Positions 36,140-44,899 are shown, numbered from the stretch's first letter. The stretch: 55,615 bases of DNA from Methanobacteriota archaeon (GCA_002687935.1 NZBN01000010.1:1-55615); one strand, 5' to 3'. Numbers and translations are program-made. The notes: generated by a model from the letters alone, not told the origin.

Positions 36140-37310
36140 AAAATTTGACTTAATGGGACCTGCACTTGTTCCAGTACTGTATGTCGTCTTTCTTCTACTT
36201 GCAGGAATCTCATTCCTCTTGAATCTTACTCCTACAAAACCCTCGCTTTTCGGGCTTGTCTTCATCATATTTGCGACTCCCTTCTATTTTATTGGAATTA
36301 GGGCTGCCAGCAGAGTCTATGGTAAGAAAATATCTGTTCTAAACTCAAAAACATTCATTCTACTTTCTGTAATATTCTACTCCTTTGTTATTCAAGGTGT
36401 TTTCAGTATAGGACTTCCTATATCGGCCCTTTTTGCAGGATTAATCGGTCTTTTAACTTATTATCTTCTTACAAAATGGATTTCCTTGAATAAAACTCCT
36501 GATAAACTTCCGTATTATTTTCTCTTTTCCGGTCTGGCCTTCATTCTAATAACAATCTTTGATGTCGGCGCAATTCCCTTACTTGAAGGCTCTGTAAGAT
36601 ACGCCCTTCTTGATAATATTTATTGGGGCTTCGGCTATATTCTTTATTTCATCGGCTATATGCTTCTCCTTCCTAAGATAAAGACAGGAAAAAATCTTCT
36701 TGCTCTAATCTCTTTGTCGGCTTTCCTGTTTATTCTGATGGCTTTTAGAACAGAACTTCTTGTAATACTTATTGTAGGTATAGCCTCAGCGTATTATAGG
36801 AAAAAATTGTCAATAAAAGGGGCTCTTGCAGGACTTGCCTCCGTTTTCGTTCTTATCATAATTTTGGGCTATATTTTTATGCCTCTCCTAAGTCCTCTCG
36901 AAATCCTCCTTTACCGTGCCGGAACTACTTATGTCGTTTTCGACGAAATTGCACAAGAATCCGGCTTTGTTGGAATTGAGCACGGAGCGCTGTCTTTTAA
37001 AGGTGATCCACGCTTCTATGTCGGGAAAATGCTCCTCGGATTACACAGAAATATCACATCAAGTCTTTTGGGACCACCTATTATCGATTTCGGTCTTGCC
37101 GGAGCGGCAGCCTTTATGTTCCTGCTCGGCTTTCTCCTAAAATTGTCACACAAAAGTATGGGCTCCAAAATCATTGCAATGAGGACATTTTATCCAATTC
37201 TTCTTGCATACAGCCTTGTGTGGATAGAGGCGGGCTTTGACCAGCTTGATATGGCTTTCTTTGTAGCTTTCTTTACTGTCTATCTTATGTTAAATTCAAA
37301 AAAATCGTAG
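36129..37310 (+). CDS. Wzy-like oligosaccharide repeat unit polymerase family protein 2
   Basis: Polytopic; GAIPLL...R, AFRTE, TSSLLGPPIIDFG; paralogous to the preceding gene. Confidence 0.7.
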   Translation: MKSKKFDLMGPALVPVLYVVFLLLAGISFLLNLTPTKPSLFGLVFIIFATPFYFIGIRAASRVYGKKISVLNSKTFILLSVIFYSFVIQGVFSIGLPISALFAGLIGLLTYYLLTKWISLNKTPDKLPYYFLFSGLAFILITIFDVGAIPLLEGSVRYALLDNIYWGFGYILYFIGYMLLLPKIKTGKNLLALISLSAFLFILMAFRTELLVILIVGIASAYYRKKLSIKGALAGLASVFVLIIILGYIFMPLLSPLEILLYRAGTTYVVFDEIAQESGFVGIEHGALSFKGDPRFYVGKMLLGLHRNITSSLLGPPIIDFGLAGAAAFMFLLGFLLKLSHKSMGSKIIAMRTFYPILLAYSLVWIEAGFDQLDMAFFVAFFTVYLMLNSKKS

Positions 37311-37383
37311 TGGGCCCGGCCAGAGTCGAACTGGCGATCTTCACCTTGTAAAGGTGACGTCATAACCACTAGACCACGGGCCC
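37311..37383 (-). tRNA. tRNA-Val(TAC)
   Basis: Minus strand: GGGCCCG/CGGGCCC acceptor; TCACC-TTTACAA-GGTGA anticodon arm; GTTCGA T-loop. Confidence 0.96.
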
Positions 37384-37432
37384 AGGGGCTATTGATGTTC
37401 AGCATATTATATAAATTTGATTATAATTGTGC

Positions 37433-37456
37433 GGAGCCGCGCAAAAGCGCGGCCCC
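37433..37456. other. GC-rich hairpin
   Basis: GCCGCGC-AAAA-GCGCGGC perfect stem (37436-37453) in an AT-rich spacer. Confidence 0.55.
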
Positions 37457-37483
37457 CTGGCGGTGGTTGAAACCTTACAGAGC

Positions 37484-37660
37484 CTACTGCTCTGCTGCGT
37501 TTGGAACGAGCAGGAAGTTTAGTTTGCCCTCACTTGGCAAAGGTGCAACTTTCAACTGTAGTGATATGTTGCCATCTTCCTTACTCCATCCTGCTCCGAT
37601 TTCATCCCAGCGCTTATTGCCCGTTTTTACGACGGCTTTGTAGTCAGGTAGGTTAGTCAT
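37484..37660 (-). CDS. 58-aa protein, putative PC4/Drc/DUF736-like ssDNA-binding fold
   Basis: MTNLPDYKAVVKTGNKRWDEIGAGWSKEDGNISLQLKVAP...; GGAGGG SD upstream of the ATG at 37660. Confidence 0.6.
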   Translation of the reverse strand: MTNLPDYKAVVKTGNKRWDEIGAGWSKEDGNISLQLKVAPLPSEGKLNFLLVPNAAEQ

Positions 37661-37725
37661 TGTTCCCTCCGAGATGGCTTGTAGCCTTCCGGCATATAAG
37701 ATTAATTTAACCAAGGAAGTTAGTC

Positions 37726-38577
37726 CTAGAATTTCAGTCGTGCTAGTTCTTTTTCAAGAGTCTCAATTATTTCAGAATTATCTGTGAATTCAAGCTTCTT
37801 TTCACATTTCTGACATCTGAACTCTGTTTCAAGAGCATTGTCAAAGGTTACTCGGCCACATTCTTCTTTATTTTTGCAGGTAAAAAACTGATTTTCTCTT
37901 TCTTGCCTAAGTTCACCCTCGTAGTAACTTATGTCCTTTCCTGCAAGTTCATTCAGAGCCATATCAATTCGTTCTGGATGAAGTTTCCAGTAGTATGTAT
38001 ACCAGCCAGTTTTTGAGCGGTGCCGTCTGTATGTAACGACTCCGTTTTCATAGAGTGCATAAAGATATTTTCTGATTATATTCGCCTTCAAATCCATTCC
38101 CTCTGCAAGCTCAACATCACTTATCTCTTCTGTTGAGATGTTTTCAGCAACTTCTATACCCTCTTCTCCGACGACTGATAAAAGAAACTCATTATATTTT
38201 TTATCTTCCAGAAACTCAGGTCTGTTAGCTCTAATTTCCTTTAGCTTCTTCTTTGCCAGAACCTTAATTTTTCGTTTCTCAGCTTCAGTTCTTTTCGACG
38301 GTCTCGTTCTTTTTGCGCCAACTTTACTTTCTACCTTCCTTGTAGAAGTCTTCTTCTTAATTGTGGCTCTCTTATTAGGAACTGTTTTAACAGTAGTTTT
38401 TTTCACAGTTTTAGAAGGAGATTTCTTTCTTGTCGATGACTTCGTCTTTTTAACCGGTGATTTTACAGAAGTGGTTTTCGTCTTTTTTAAAGATTTTTTT
38501 ACAGGGGATTTCTTTTGTTGAGATGGTTTTATAATTTTTTTAAGACGAGTTCTCATAGTTTTAATTCCCCTTGCCAT
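37726..38577 (-). CDS. tfe: transcription factor E (TFE-alpha) with ~120-aa Lys/Ser/Thr-rich N-terminal extension
   Basis: Winged helix (SDVELAEGMDLKANIIRKYLYALYENG..YRR...TGWYTYYW) plus Zn ribbon (FTCKNKEEC.RVTFDNALETEFRCQKC). Confidence 0.9.
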   Translation of the reverse strand: MARGIKTMRTRLKKIIKPSQQKKSPVKKSLKKTKTTSVKSPVKKTKSSTRKKSPSKTVKKTTVKTVPNKRATIKKKTSTRKVESKVGAKRTRPSKRTEAEKRKIKVLAKKKLKEIRANRPEFLEDKKYNEFLLSVVGEEGIEVAENISTEEISDVELAEGMDLKANIIRKYLYALYENGVVTYRRHRSKTGWYTYYWKLHPERIDMALNELAGKDISYYEGELRQERENQFFTCKNKEECGRVTFDNALETEFRCQKCEKKLEFTDNSEIIETLEKELARLKF

Positions 38578-38649
38578 GTTCTAAGAAAGTGAACAAGTTA
38601 TGTTAAATACTTTACCCTCTATCGGTTTTAATCATTGGTGAGTAGTAAC

Positions 38650-39840
38650 TTAGGCTAAAAGTCCCAATAAATTTGGTCCAATGAAATTGAAAAGCAGTAG
38701 GAGGAATGCAATGCTTCCTACGGCGATTACAATCTGTCTTGCAATCTTTTCATTCTTAACAATACTTCTCACTGTGTCCGAAAACATCAGTCCTCCGTCA
38801 AGCGGCTTGAATGGAAGAAGGTTTATCAGTCCTACTCCAAAGTTCAATATCGCTGTCCACATAATTGCATAGATTATGAACCACATAGTTCCTTGTGGAA
38901 TGAAAGTTGAAGGATAGCACTCCGGTGAAAGTATTCTTATTGTCATTGGTGATGCAATAAAAAGTTTTACAACCTCTCCTGCCGGAATCGCTCCGCAGAA
39001 ACTTATCCCCATAAATGCTCTCCCATTCCTGTCTGCAGTTGTTACAGTATATTCTGAATCATCTATTTTGAGTATGACTTCGTCCCCTGGTGAAAGGTCT
39101 TGTTTATCAAGTATATTGACAAAACTTACAAGGTCGTGTATTTCACCGTCTTCAATTTCTCCAATTATCATGCCCTCTGAAAGACCTGCAAGCTCGGCAG
39201 GACTTCCTTCCTCAACTGCCAGTAGTTTTATTCCATCAACAGGCTCTGTCATATAGGGCAGGACTACAAATGCAAGGAGAGATACAAGAATAATTGACAG
39301 GGTTACATTCATAAATGAACCTGCTGCGTATATTCTCATACGTGGTCCAAGCTTTGCTTTCTGGAGGGATTTTTCATTTGGCTTCACAAAAGCTCCTATC
39401 GGAATAAATCCAAGTGATAGCGTTCCAACAGACTCGACCTTTACCTTCTCAAGCCTTGCAAGAACCCCGTGAGACATTTCGTGGAATACAAGAAGTATCA
39501 CAATGCCGATTATTCCTTCCCAGAGTGGTATTGTTATTCCGGGAATTGCCAGTGCAGCTCCCGGCGCGGTTTCAGGAACCTTAAAAATTCGTATTGCATT
39601 TATGAGCAGTGAGTATGTAACCAAACCCATAAGAAGGAAACCGGTAAGAACTCCTAAATTTCCAAAGATTTTCCAGAATCCGGGGAAAAATCCGCTTATT
39701 TTATCAAGTAATTTGACTCCTCTCTTAGTATTGTATATTGCAAGAGGTCCATAAATGGATACTCCTTTCTTCCGTCCCAATGTTAACTGGCCAACAAGTA
39801 TGAGTCCAATAACTATTGTCCAGACAAAAATGGTTTCCAT
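38650..39840 (-). CDS. site-2 protease family M50 with PDZ domain
   Basis: HEMSH zinc motif, NLLPFKPLDGG, PDZ (GSPAELAGL..G.II). Confidence 0.93.
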   Translation of the reverse strand: METIFVWTIVIGLILVGQLTLGRKKGVSIYGPLAIYNTKRGVKLLDKISGFFPGFWKIFGNLGVLTGFLLMGLVTYSLLINAIRIFKVPETAPGAALAIPGITIPLWEGIIGIVILLVFHEMSHGVLARLEKVKVESVGTLSLGFIPIGAFVKPNEKSLQKAKLGPRMRIYAAGSFMNVTLSIILVSLLAFVVLPYMTEPVDGIKLLAVEEGSPAELAGLSEGMIIGEIEDGEIHDLVSFVNILDKQDLSPGDEVILKIDDSEYTVTTADRNGRAFMGISFCGAIPAGEVVKLFIASPMTIRILSPECYPSTFIPQGTMWFIIYAIMWTAILNFGVGLINLLPFKPLDGGLMFSDTVRSIVKNEKIARQIVIAVGSIAFLLLLFNFIGPNLLGLLA

Positions 39841-39888
39841 GTTAGGCTTTTCGGAGTCGTTATATATAACTTTGCTGTTATATCGTGC

Positions 39889-41544
39889 ATGACCGGAGAC
39901 AGCCTGTTTTGGGCGGATAAATATGCACGTGAGATTATTGAAAGGGCAGAATCAGAGCCCGTTCTTCAGAAAATAGTGAAGAAAAAGGGCTATATCTGTC
40001 TTGATGAGAAGACACCTTCAGGACATATTCATATTGGCTCCGGCAGGGGCTGGATTATTCATGATGTTGTTGCCAAGGCTCTGAGAGATCTTGGTGTAAA
40101 AGGTCGTTTTATTCTTAGTGCTGATGACATAGACCCAATGGACAATCCACCTGCCGGTCTGGACAGCAAAAAATACGAGCAGTATATGGGTGTCCCGTTT
40201 TTCAAAATCCCTTCTCCTGAACCTGGTTACAAAAGTTATGCTGATTATTATTTCAGGGAATGCACCGATAAATTCGAGGAATTCGGCATCGAAGCTGAAC
40301 TGGAAAGCACCGGTCTCTGGTATGAGCGCGGAGACTTTAACCCAACAATAAAGACTGCTCTGGACAATCACGAAAAAATACGCTCAATCTACGAAAGAAT
40401 ATACAAAAAGACAGTTGCTTCCGATAAACTACCATTCAATCCGATTTGCGAGAACTGTGGTAAGATAGGAACTACTGTCGCGTATGAGTGGAATCCTGAA
40501 ACTGAAATGCTGAAATACATGTGTTCCCCAGACCTTGTAAAATGGGCACAGGGCTGTGGCAATGATGGTGAAATATCTCCTTACAATGGAAACGGAAAAT
40601 TTCCTTGGAAAGTTGAATGGGCGGCAAAATGGCCTACTGTCGGAGTTCTCTTCGAAACAGCAGGGAAAGACCACTTTACTGTTGGGGGTTCTAGAACTGT
40701 TTCAATAGCAATTTGTGATGAGGTATTTGACCATACTCCTCCTATCCCTTCAACAAGGAAGACCATAGGAAGTGCATACGAATTTTTCAATATTGGAGGG
40801 AAGAAAATGAGTACTTCCAAGGGCTCCGGTGTTGGCTTTGCCGAGATATCTGAAAAGGTCCCTCCAAAACTTCTTCGCTATCTTCTTGTCCGGACCAGAC
40901 CACACGCAGCTCTTGACTTTGACCCATTCGGAACAAACAAACTTCTCCTTCTTACTGAAAACTACGACAGAACTGAGCGTATTTATTATGGTGAAGAAAA
41001 GGCGGACAATGACCGTGAAGAGGCGCATGAAAAGAGAGTATACGAACTCTCTCATGTCGGAGACGTCCTCAAAAAATTATCTCCTCAGGTTCCCTTTGGC
41101 TATGCGTCCATGGTTGTACAGGCTTGTAATTTTGACATAGATTCTGCAATAGCCAAACTCAAACAAGCAGAATATATCCCTAAGAAACTCGATAAAGAAG
41201 GTCTGAATTACTTGAAAGAACGTCTGGAAATGGCAGGTAGTTGGGTCAGTCACTATGCTCCTGAGGAATACAAATTCACTCTGCTTGATAAGCTTCAAAA
41301 GAATCTTAAAATAGAGGCGGCTGAAAAAGATGCAATAATTAAAATAGTTTCAAAAATCGACAGTTTGTCTGAGAAAGAACTTGAAGCTCTAATATATGAA
41401 ATCGGAAAAGAACTTAGCAGTCCACGGAATTTCTTCAGAATCTTTTATACTGTCCTGCTTGGAAAAGAAAAAGGTCCACGTCTTGCTTCCTTTTTGAAAA
41501 CACTCGGTCAAGAAAGAGTTGAAAAACTGACAAAGTATTTATAG
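39889..41544 (+). CDS. lysS: lysyl-tRNA synthetase, class I
   Basis: TPSGHIHIG, PICENCGKI, KFPWKVEWAAKW, GKDH, KMSTSKG, GPRLASF. Confidence 0.97.
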   Translation: MTGDSLFWADKYAREIIERAESEPVLQKIVKKKGYICLDEKTPSGHIHIGSGRGWIIHDVVAKALRDLGVKGRFILSADDIDPMDNPPAGLDSKKYEQYMGVPFFKIPSPEPGYKSYADYYFRECTDKFEEFGIEAELESTGLWYERGDFNPTIKTALDNHEKIRSIYERIYKKTVASDKLPFNPICENCGKIGTTVAYEWNPETEMLKYMCSPDLVKWAQGCGNDGEISPYNGNGKFPWKVEWAAKWPTVGVLFETAGKDHFTVGGSRTVSIAICDEVFDHTPPIPSTRKTIGSAYEFFNIGGKKMSTSKGSGVGFAEISEKVPPKLLRYLLVRTRPHAALDFDPFGTNKLLLLTENYDRTERIYYGEEKADNDREEAHEKRVYELSHVGDVLKKLSPQVPFGYASMVVQACNFDIDSAIAKLKQAEYIPKKLDKEGLNYLKERLEMAGSWVSHYAPEEYKFTLLDKLQKNLKIEAAEKDAIIKIVSKIDSLSEKELEALIYEIGKELSSPRNFFRIFYTVLLGKEKGPRLASFLKTLGQERVEKLTKYL

Positions 41545-41574
41545 AGTGCTTCCATTTTTAAATTAAGTGGGAAC

Positions 41575-41802
41575 ATGGTAAGCGCATTCATACTCATAAT
41601 GTCGAAAACAGGTACTGAAAGGTCTGTTATCAGGGAACTTTCAAAGCTTGAAGAAGTTGTTGATGTTTCGGTCGTTTACGGTGATTATGATATAATAGCC
41701 AAAATTGAGTCGGAAACACTTGAAGGACTCAACTCAGTAATTCTTGACAAAATTCGAGCTCTTGACGAAGTGTCAAATACTTCAACACTTATTGCAGTTT
41801 GA
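41575..41802 (+). CDS. Lrp/AsnC ligand-binding (RAM) domain protein
   Basis: AFILI...G.E..V...L, VYGDYDIIAKI, TSTLIA; no HTH. Confidence 0.88.
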   Translation: MVSAFILIMSKTGTERSVIRELSKLEEVVDVSVVYGDYDIIAKIESETLEGLNSVILDKIRALDEVSNTSTLIAV

Positions 41803-41903
41803 TGGATAAAAAAGTTCTTCTACAATTTCTCATAGTTATGGGCGTTCTATTTGCTATAACATTTGCATTTGCCCTGCTAAAAGTCTACTTTTTAGGAGCC
41901 TGA
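41802..41903 (+). CDS. 33-aa single-TM microprotein (not in the ORF track)
   Basis: MDKKVLLQFLIVMGVLFAITFAFALLKVYFLGA*; its ATG overlaps the Lrp stop (TGATG). Confidence 0.55.
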   Translation: MDKKVLLQFLIVMGVLFAITFAFALLKVYFLGA

Positions 41904-42373
41904 CCATTTTCTGACAGTTTGTTCTGCATATCAACAAGTGCCAGTGACAGATTTTCTGTCAGCCTCTCAATCTTTTTCTGCTCTTCTTTTGCAGTGTATA
42001 TTTCCTGCTCGTGCAGTAGAAGGAGTTCTTCTATCGTTTCCTTTTCATGTCTCAATGTAATAAGGTTCTCAGAAAGACTGCTCTCGGTTTTAACTCGGTG
42101 GCTGAGCTCTCCATTAAGTGTTTTCCTTGCCCCGTTCATAAGAAGAAGAATTTCTCTCATTTTTATTTCCTTCTCTTTCAAACTCTCTACAGTGTCGAGA
42201 AACTCTTTCTGCAGACTATCTGTGTTAAAAACATTACCTATGTGGGAATCAATATTTCTGAGAACATTGTCAAAATGGATTCCTTCAAGCTCAACCAAGT
42301 CTCCATTAGCCCTTTCTACTTCTTCAGAATTTTCTTTTCTTGCCATGGCTCTACTAAGTGATTTGTCTAACAT
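41885..42373 (-). CDS. coiled-coil hypothetical protein
   Basis: 162-aa E/K/L-rich helical ORF directly downstream of the CPBP pair. Confidence 0.6.
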   Translation of the reverse strand: MLDKSLSRAMARKENSEEVERANGDLVELEGIHFDNVLRNIDSHIGNVFNTDSLQKEFLDTVESLKEKEIKMREILLLMNGARKTLNGELSHRVKTESSLSENLITLRHEKETIEELLLLHEQEIYTAKEEQKKIERLTENLSLALVDMQNKLSENGQAPKK

Positions 42374-42385
42374 TTAAAGTTTTCC

Positions 42386-42808
42386 TCAGAATACTGCGTT
42401 GAGCATTTTGTAGAATAAGTGAGCAGCTATAACTGCTGGAAGTCCGAAATCTATGTAGGCATAGCTGAAAAGAGCCCCTATTACAAGTGCATCTGCAACA
42501 TATATTGGTCCATACATTATAGCATAATACGCCATATAAGCAACAGTCAGAGCGCTGATTCCTCCAAGGACTCCGAACATTCCAATCAATATTGGTAGCA
42601 TTATAAGTCTCAGTGCAAGCTCTTCCATTATAGTGCTGTAAAACACAAATCCTCTGAACTTTCCTTTGAAACTTGAGTAGTAATTTGCTCCGTTGAATAT
42701 CCACATTCTCAATGGAAGTGAAAATGCAGTTGCCAGCAAAGCCAGAACTATTGGAATGCTCCAAAGGTCCATTCCGTACATGAATTGAAAGAGTTTTGTT
42801 TTTATCAT
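42386..42808 (-). CDS. degenerate CPBP (Abi/CAAX-protease-like) membrane protein
   Basis: MEELALR keeps EExxxR; FxxxH is absent; AAHLFYK replaces HxxxN. Confidence 0.65.
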   Translation of the reverse strand: MIKTKLFQFMYGMDLWSIPIVLALLATAFSLPLRMWIFNGANYYSSFKGKFRGFVFYSTIMEELALRLIMLPILIGMFGVLGGISALTVAYMAYYAIMYGPIYVADALVIGALFSYAYIDFGLPAVIAAHLFYKMLNAVF

Positions 42809-43251
42809 CTTATTGTTGCAAGAGTGTTATGAGTGGCGTGAGCAAGTATAGGTACAAATATTCCGAAGTTTACAAATGCCCAACCGAGTACAAGACCTGT
42901 TATTGTAGAGTCAATAAAGCGTGTTTTTCCGTAGAATATGTGGGCTCCTCCAAACATTATTGCAGATATAATTATTGCAGGTAACCATTCTCCGAAAACT
43001 CCGTAAAGTGCACTAATCAGAATCATTCTGAATACTATTTCTTCAAATATAGGGCTTATTACTACAAGACCAAAAATCCATTTAAACTTTCTTTGCATGC
43101 TATTCATAGGAACTGAGCCTGTAAGAATAGCTGTCTGCAAATATGTAACTACTCCAAGAACCATCGCAAGCGACCACATTTTCATCATGTAGTGCGTTCC
43201 AAGTAGATTGAATCTTATAACTTCTGTTAATTGGCTTACTATATATTCCAT
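42805..43251 (-). CDS. CPBP family intramembrane glutamic endopeptidase
   Basis: FEEIVFR, FGGAH, AHATHN: complete motif set. Confidence 0.85.
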   Translation of the reverse strand: MEYIVSQLTEVIRFNLLGTHYMMKMWSLAMVLGVVTYLQTAILTGSVPMNSMQRKFKWIFGLVVISPIFEEIVFRMILISALYGVFGEWLPAIIISAIMFGGAHIFYGKTRFIDSTITGLVLGWAFVNFGIFVPILAHATHNTLATIR

Positions 43252-43297
43252 TGTATTATTTACTACTCAAAAATAGTGAAAACTCTTATATTTATAT

Positions 43298-43456
43298 TTA
43301 TCCTTGACGTTTTCCGTGTCTCTTGATGTATAATGCAATAAGTATCAGGATAGCAAGTCCAGAAATAAGGAGCCATACACCTGTTCTTGTCAGTATTTCA
43401 ATGAACATTGCGTTCGCTGTTACATAAAGTCCTGTCAGTCCTATGTCGCCTGCCAT
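43298..43456 (-). CDS. 52-aa membrane microprotein (not in the ORF track)
   Basis: MAGDIGLTGLYVTANAMFIEILTRTGVWLLISGLAILILIALYIKRHGKRQG*; TATA-like TATATATAA upstream. Confidence 0.6.
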   Translation of the reverse strand: MAGDIGLTGLYVTANAMFIEILTRTGVWLLISGLAILILIALYIKRHGKRQG

Positions 43457-43497
43457 ATTAAGTCGGTGGTTCAGGCATTATATATAATTAATCAGGA

Positions 43498-43641
43498 CTA
43501 TTCCGGTATGTGCCTTCCATCAGTGCAGTCACACTCTTCCAGGGGCTTGTTGTAATTGTTGCAGCTCTCCGCTCCGCAGTTTTTCCGCTCTTCAGCAGCT
43601 CCGCCACAGCCTCCTGTACAAATATAGTGGGGTGTTTTCAT
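43498..43641 (-). CDS. 47-aa Cys-rich (6 Cys) microprotein (not in the ORF track)
   Basis: MKTPHYICTGGCGGAAEERKNCGAESCNNYNKPLEECDCTDGRHIPE*. Confidence 0.7.
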   Translation of the reverse strand: MKTPHYICTGGCGGAAEERKNCGAESCNNYNKPLEECDCTDGRHIPE

Positions 43642-43673
43642 AGTCTGCAATAAAGCGATCCAGTTTTTATAAT

Positions 43674-44849
43674 TTATTTATTTTCTATTCTGTCAACTAC
43701 ATACTCCGCAAAGGCAAGACTCGCAGTAAGTCCTGGAGAAACTGCATTAAGAATGTGAGTTGAGTTGTCATTGAATTCAACAAGCATATCTTTCAATATG
43801 TTCCCTTTTCTGTCAATCGGCTGGGCTCTTATTCCTGGTGGGTGTTTTTTCAAATCTCTCTTCTTTACAGAGGGGCTAATTACTTGTATTTCTTTAAGGA
43901 AGGCTTTTTTCGAGACTGTAACTTTAGCGTTTTCTGCCACAAGTTTTCTGAAGCTTTCCCTTAATATGAGTCTCATGAAGTTTACCGAGCTTGCCATTCC
44001 TAAAAATTCGCCAATATGCATTCCCTTTCTGTACGCCTCTCTTCCCATAGCAAGAGTCGCCGTTGGTCCGGCAAGGACTTTTCCATCAACAGTCCTCGTT
44101 AAATGAACTTTAAGGAAGGGAAAATTAAGGTCCGGAGCCTGGTATACCATTGATTGTATATTCAGATTTTCCACTTCCATATACTCTCCCCTGAATGGAA
44201 CAATTCGTATTCCCTTGCCTGCTTCCATCATGTGTGCTATTTTATCGGAATAAAGTCCTGCACAATTAATTATATGATCTGCTTCAAAAATCTCTTTTCT
44301 GGTTTTCACAGAGTTTCTGTGAATTCCACTTACCTTTGCTCCCATGATGAACTCTGCTCCGTGTTTCTTGGCGTCTTTTACAACAGCTTCAAGAAATCCT
44401 ATGCTATCGACAATTGCCCCACTAGGGGACAAAAGAGCTTTTCTTCCTACAACTTCCGGTTCTCGCTTTTTCAGTTCTCCGGAGTCTATTATCTTAAGTC
44501 CAGGAACCCCCACCCGCTTTCCCATTGCCATAAGTTGCTCAAGGATTTCATCGTCTTCGTCTGAGTTTGAAATAACTAAAGTTCCTACTTCTTCTATACG
44601 GACTTTATGCTTCCTGCAGAACTGCTTAAGAAGTGCGTTTCCTTTTAAACAGAGCTCCGCTTTTATGCTTCCAGGCTTCTGGTTAATTCCTGAATGTACA
44701 ACGCCACTGTTTCTTCCGGATGCGTGCATTCCGAGATTCTGTTCTTTCTCAAGAACTGTTACTTTACCAAGTCCTCTTCGTGAAATTTCCCTGGCTATGG
44801 AGCTTCCTATTATTCCTGCGCCGATGATAAGGTAGTGCTTTTTTTCCAC
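43674..44849 (-). CDS. lhgO: L-2-hydroxyglutarate oxidase-like FAD-dependent oxidoreductase
   Basis: IIGAGIIG, VLEKE, HASGRNSGVVHSG, PFRGEY, FPFLKVHLT, GIRAQ, NAVSPGLTASL; GTG start. Confidence 0.85.
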   Translation of the reverse strand: MEKKHYLIIGAGIIGSSIAREISRRGLGKVTVLEKEQNLGMHASGRNSGVVHSGINQKPGSIKAELCLKGNALLKQFCRKHKVRIEEVGTLVISNSDEDDEILEQLMAMGKRVGVPGLKIIDSGELKKREPEVVGRKALLSPSGAIVDSIGFLEAVVKDAKKHGAEFIMGAKVSGIHRNSVKTRKEIFEADHIINCAGLYSDKIAHMMEAGKGIRIVPFRGEYMEVENLNIQSMVYQAPDLNFPFLKVHLTRTVDGKVLAGPTATLAMGREAYRKGMHIGEFLGMASSVNFMRLILRESFRKLVAENAKVTVSKKAFLKEIQVISPSVKKRDLKKHPPGIRAQPIDRKGNILKDMLVEFNDNSTHILNAVSPGLTASLAFAEYVVDRIENK

Positions 44850-44899
44850 GTATTTTATTTATTCTCGATGTTTATGTAAGTTGTGAGGAGAAAAGGCAG

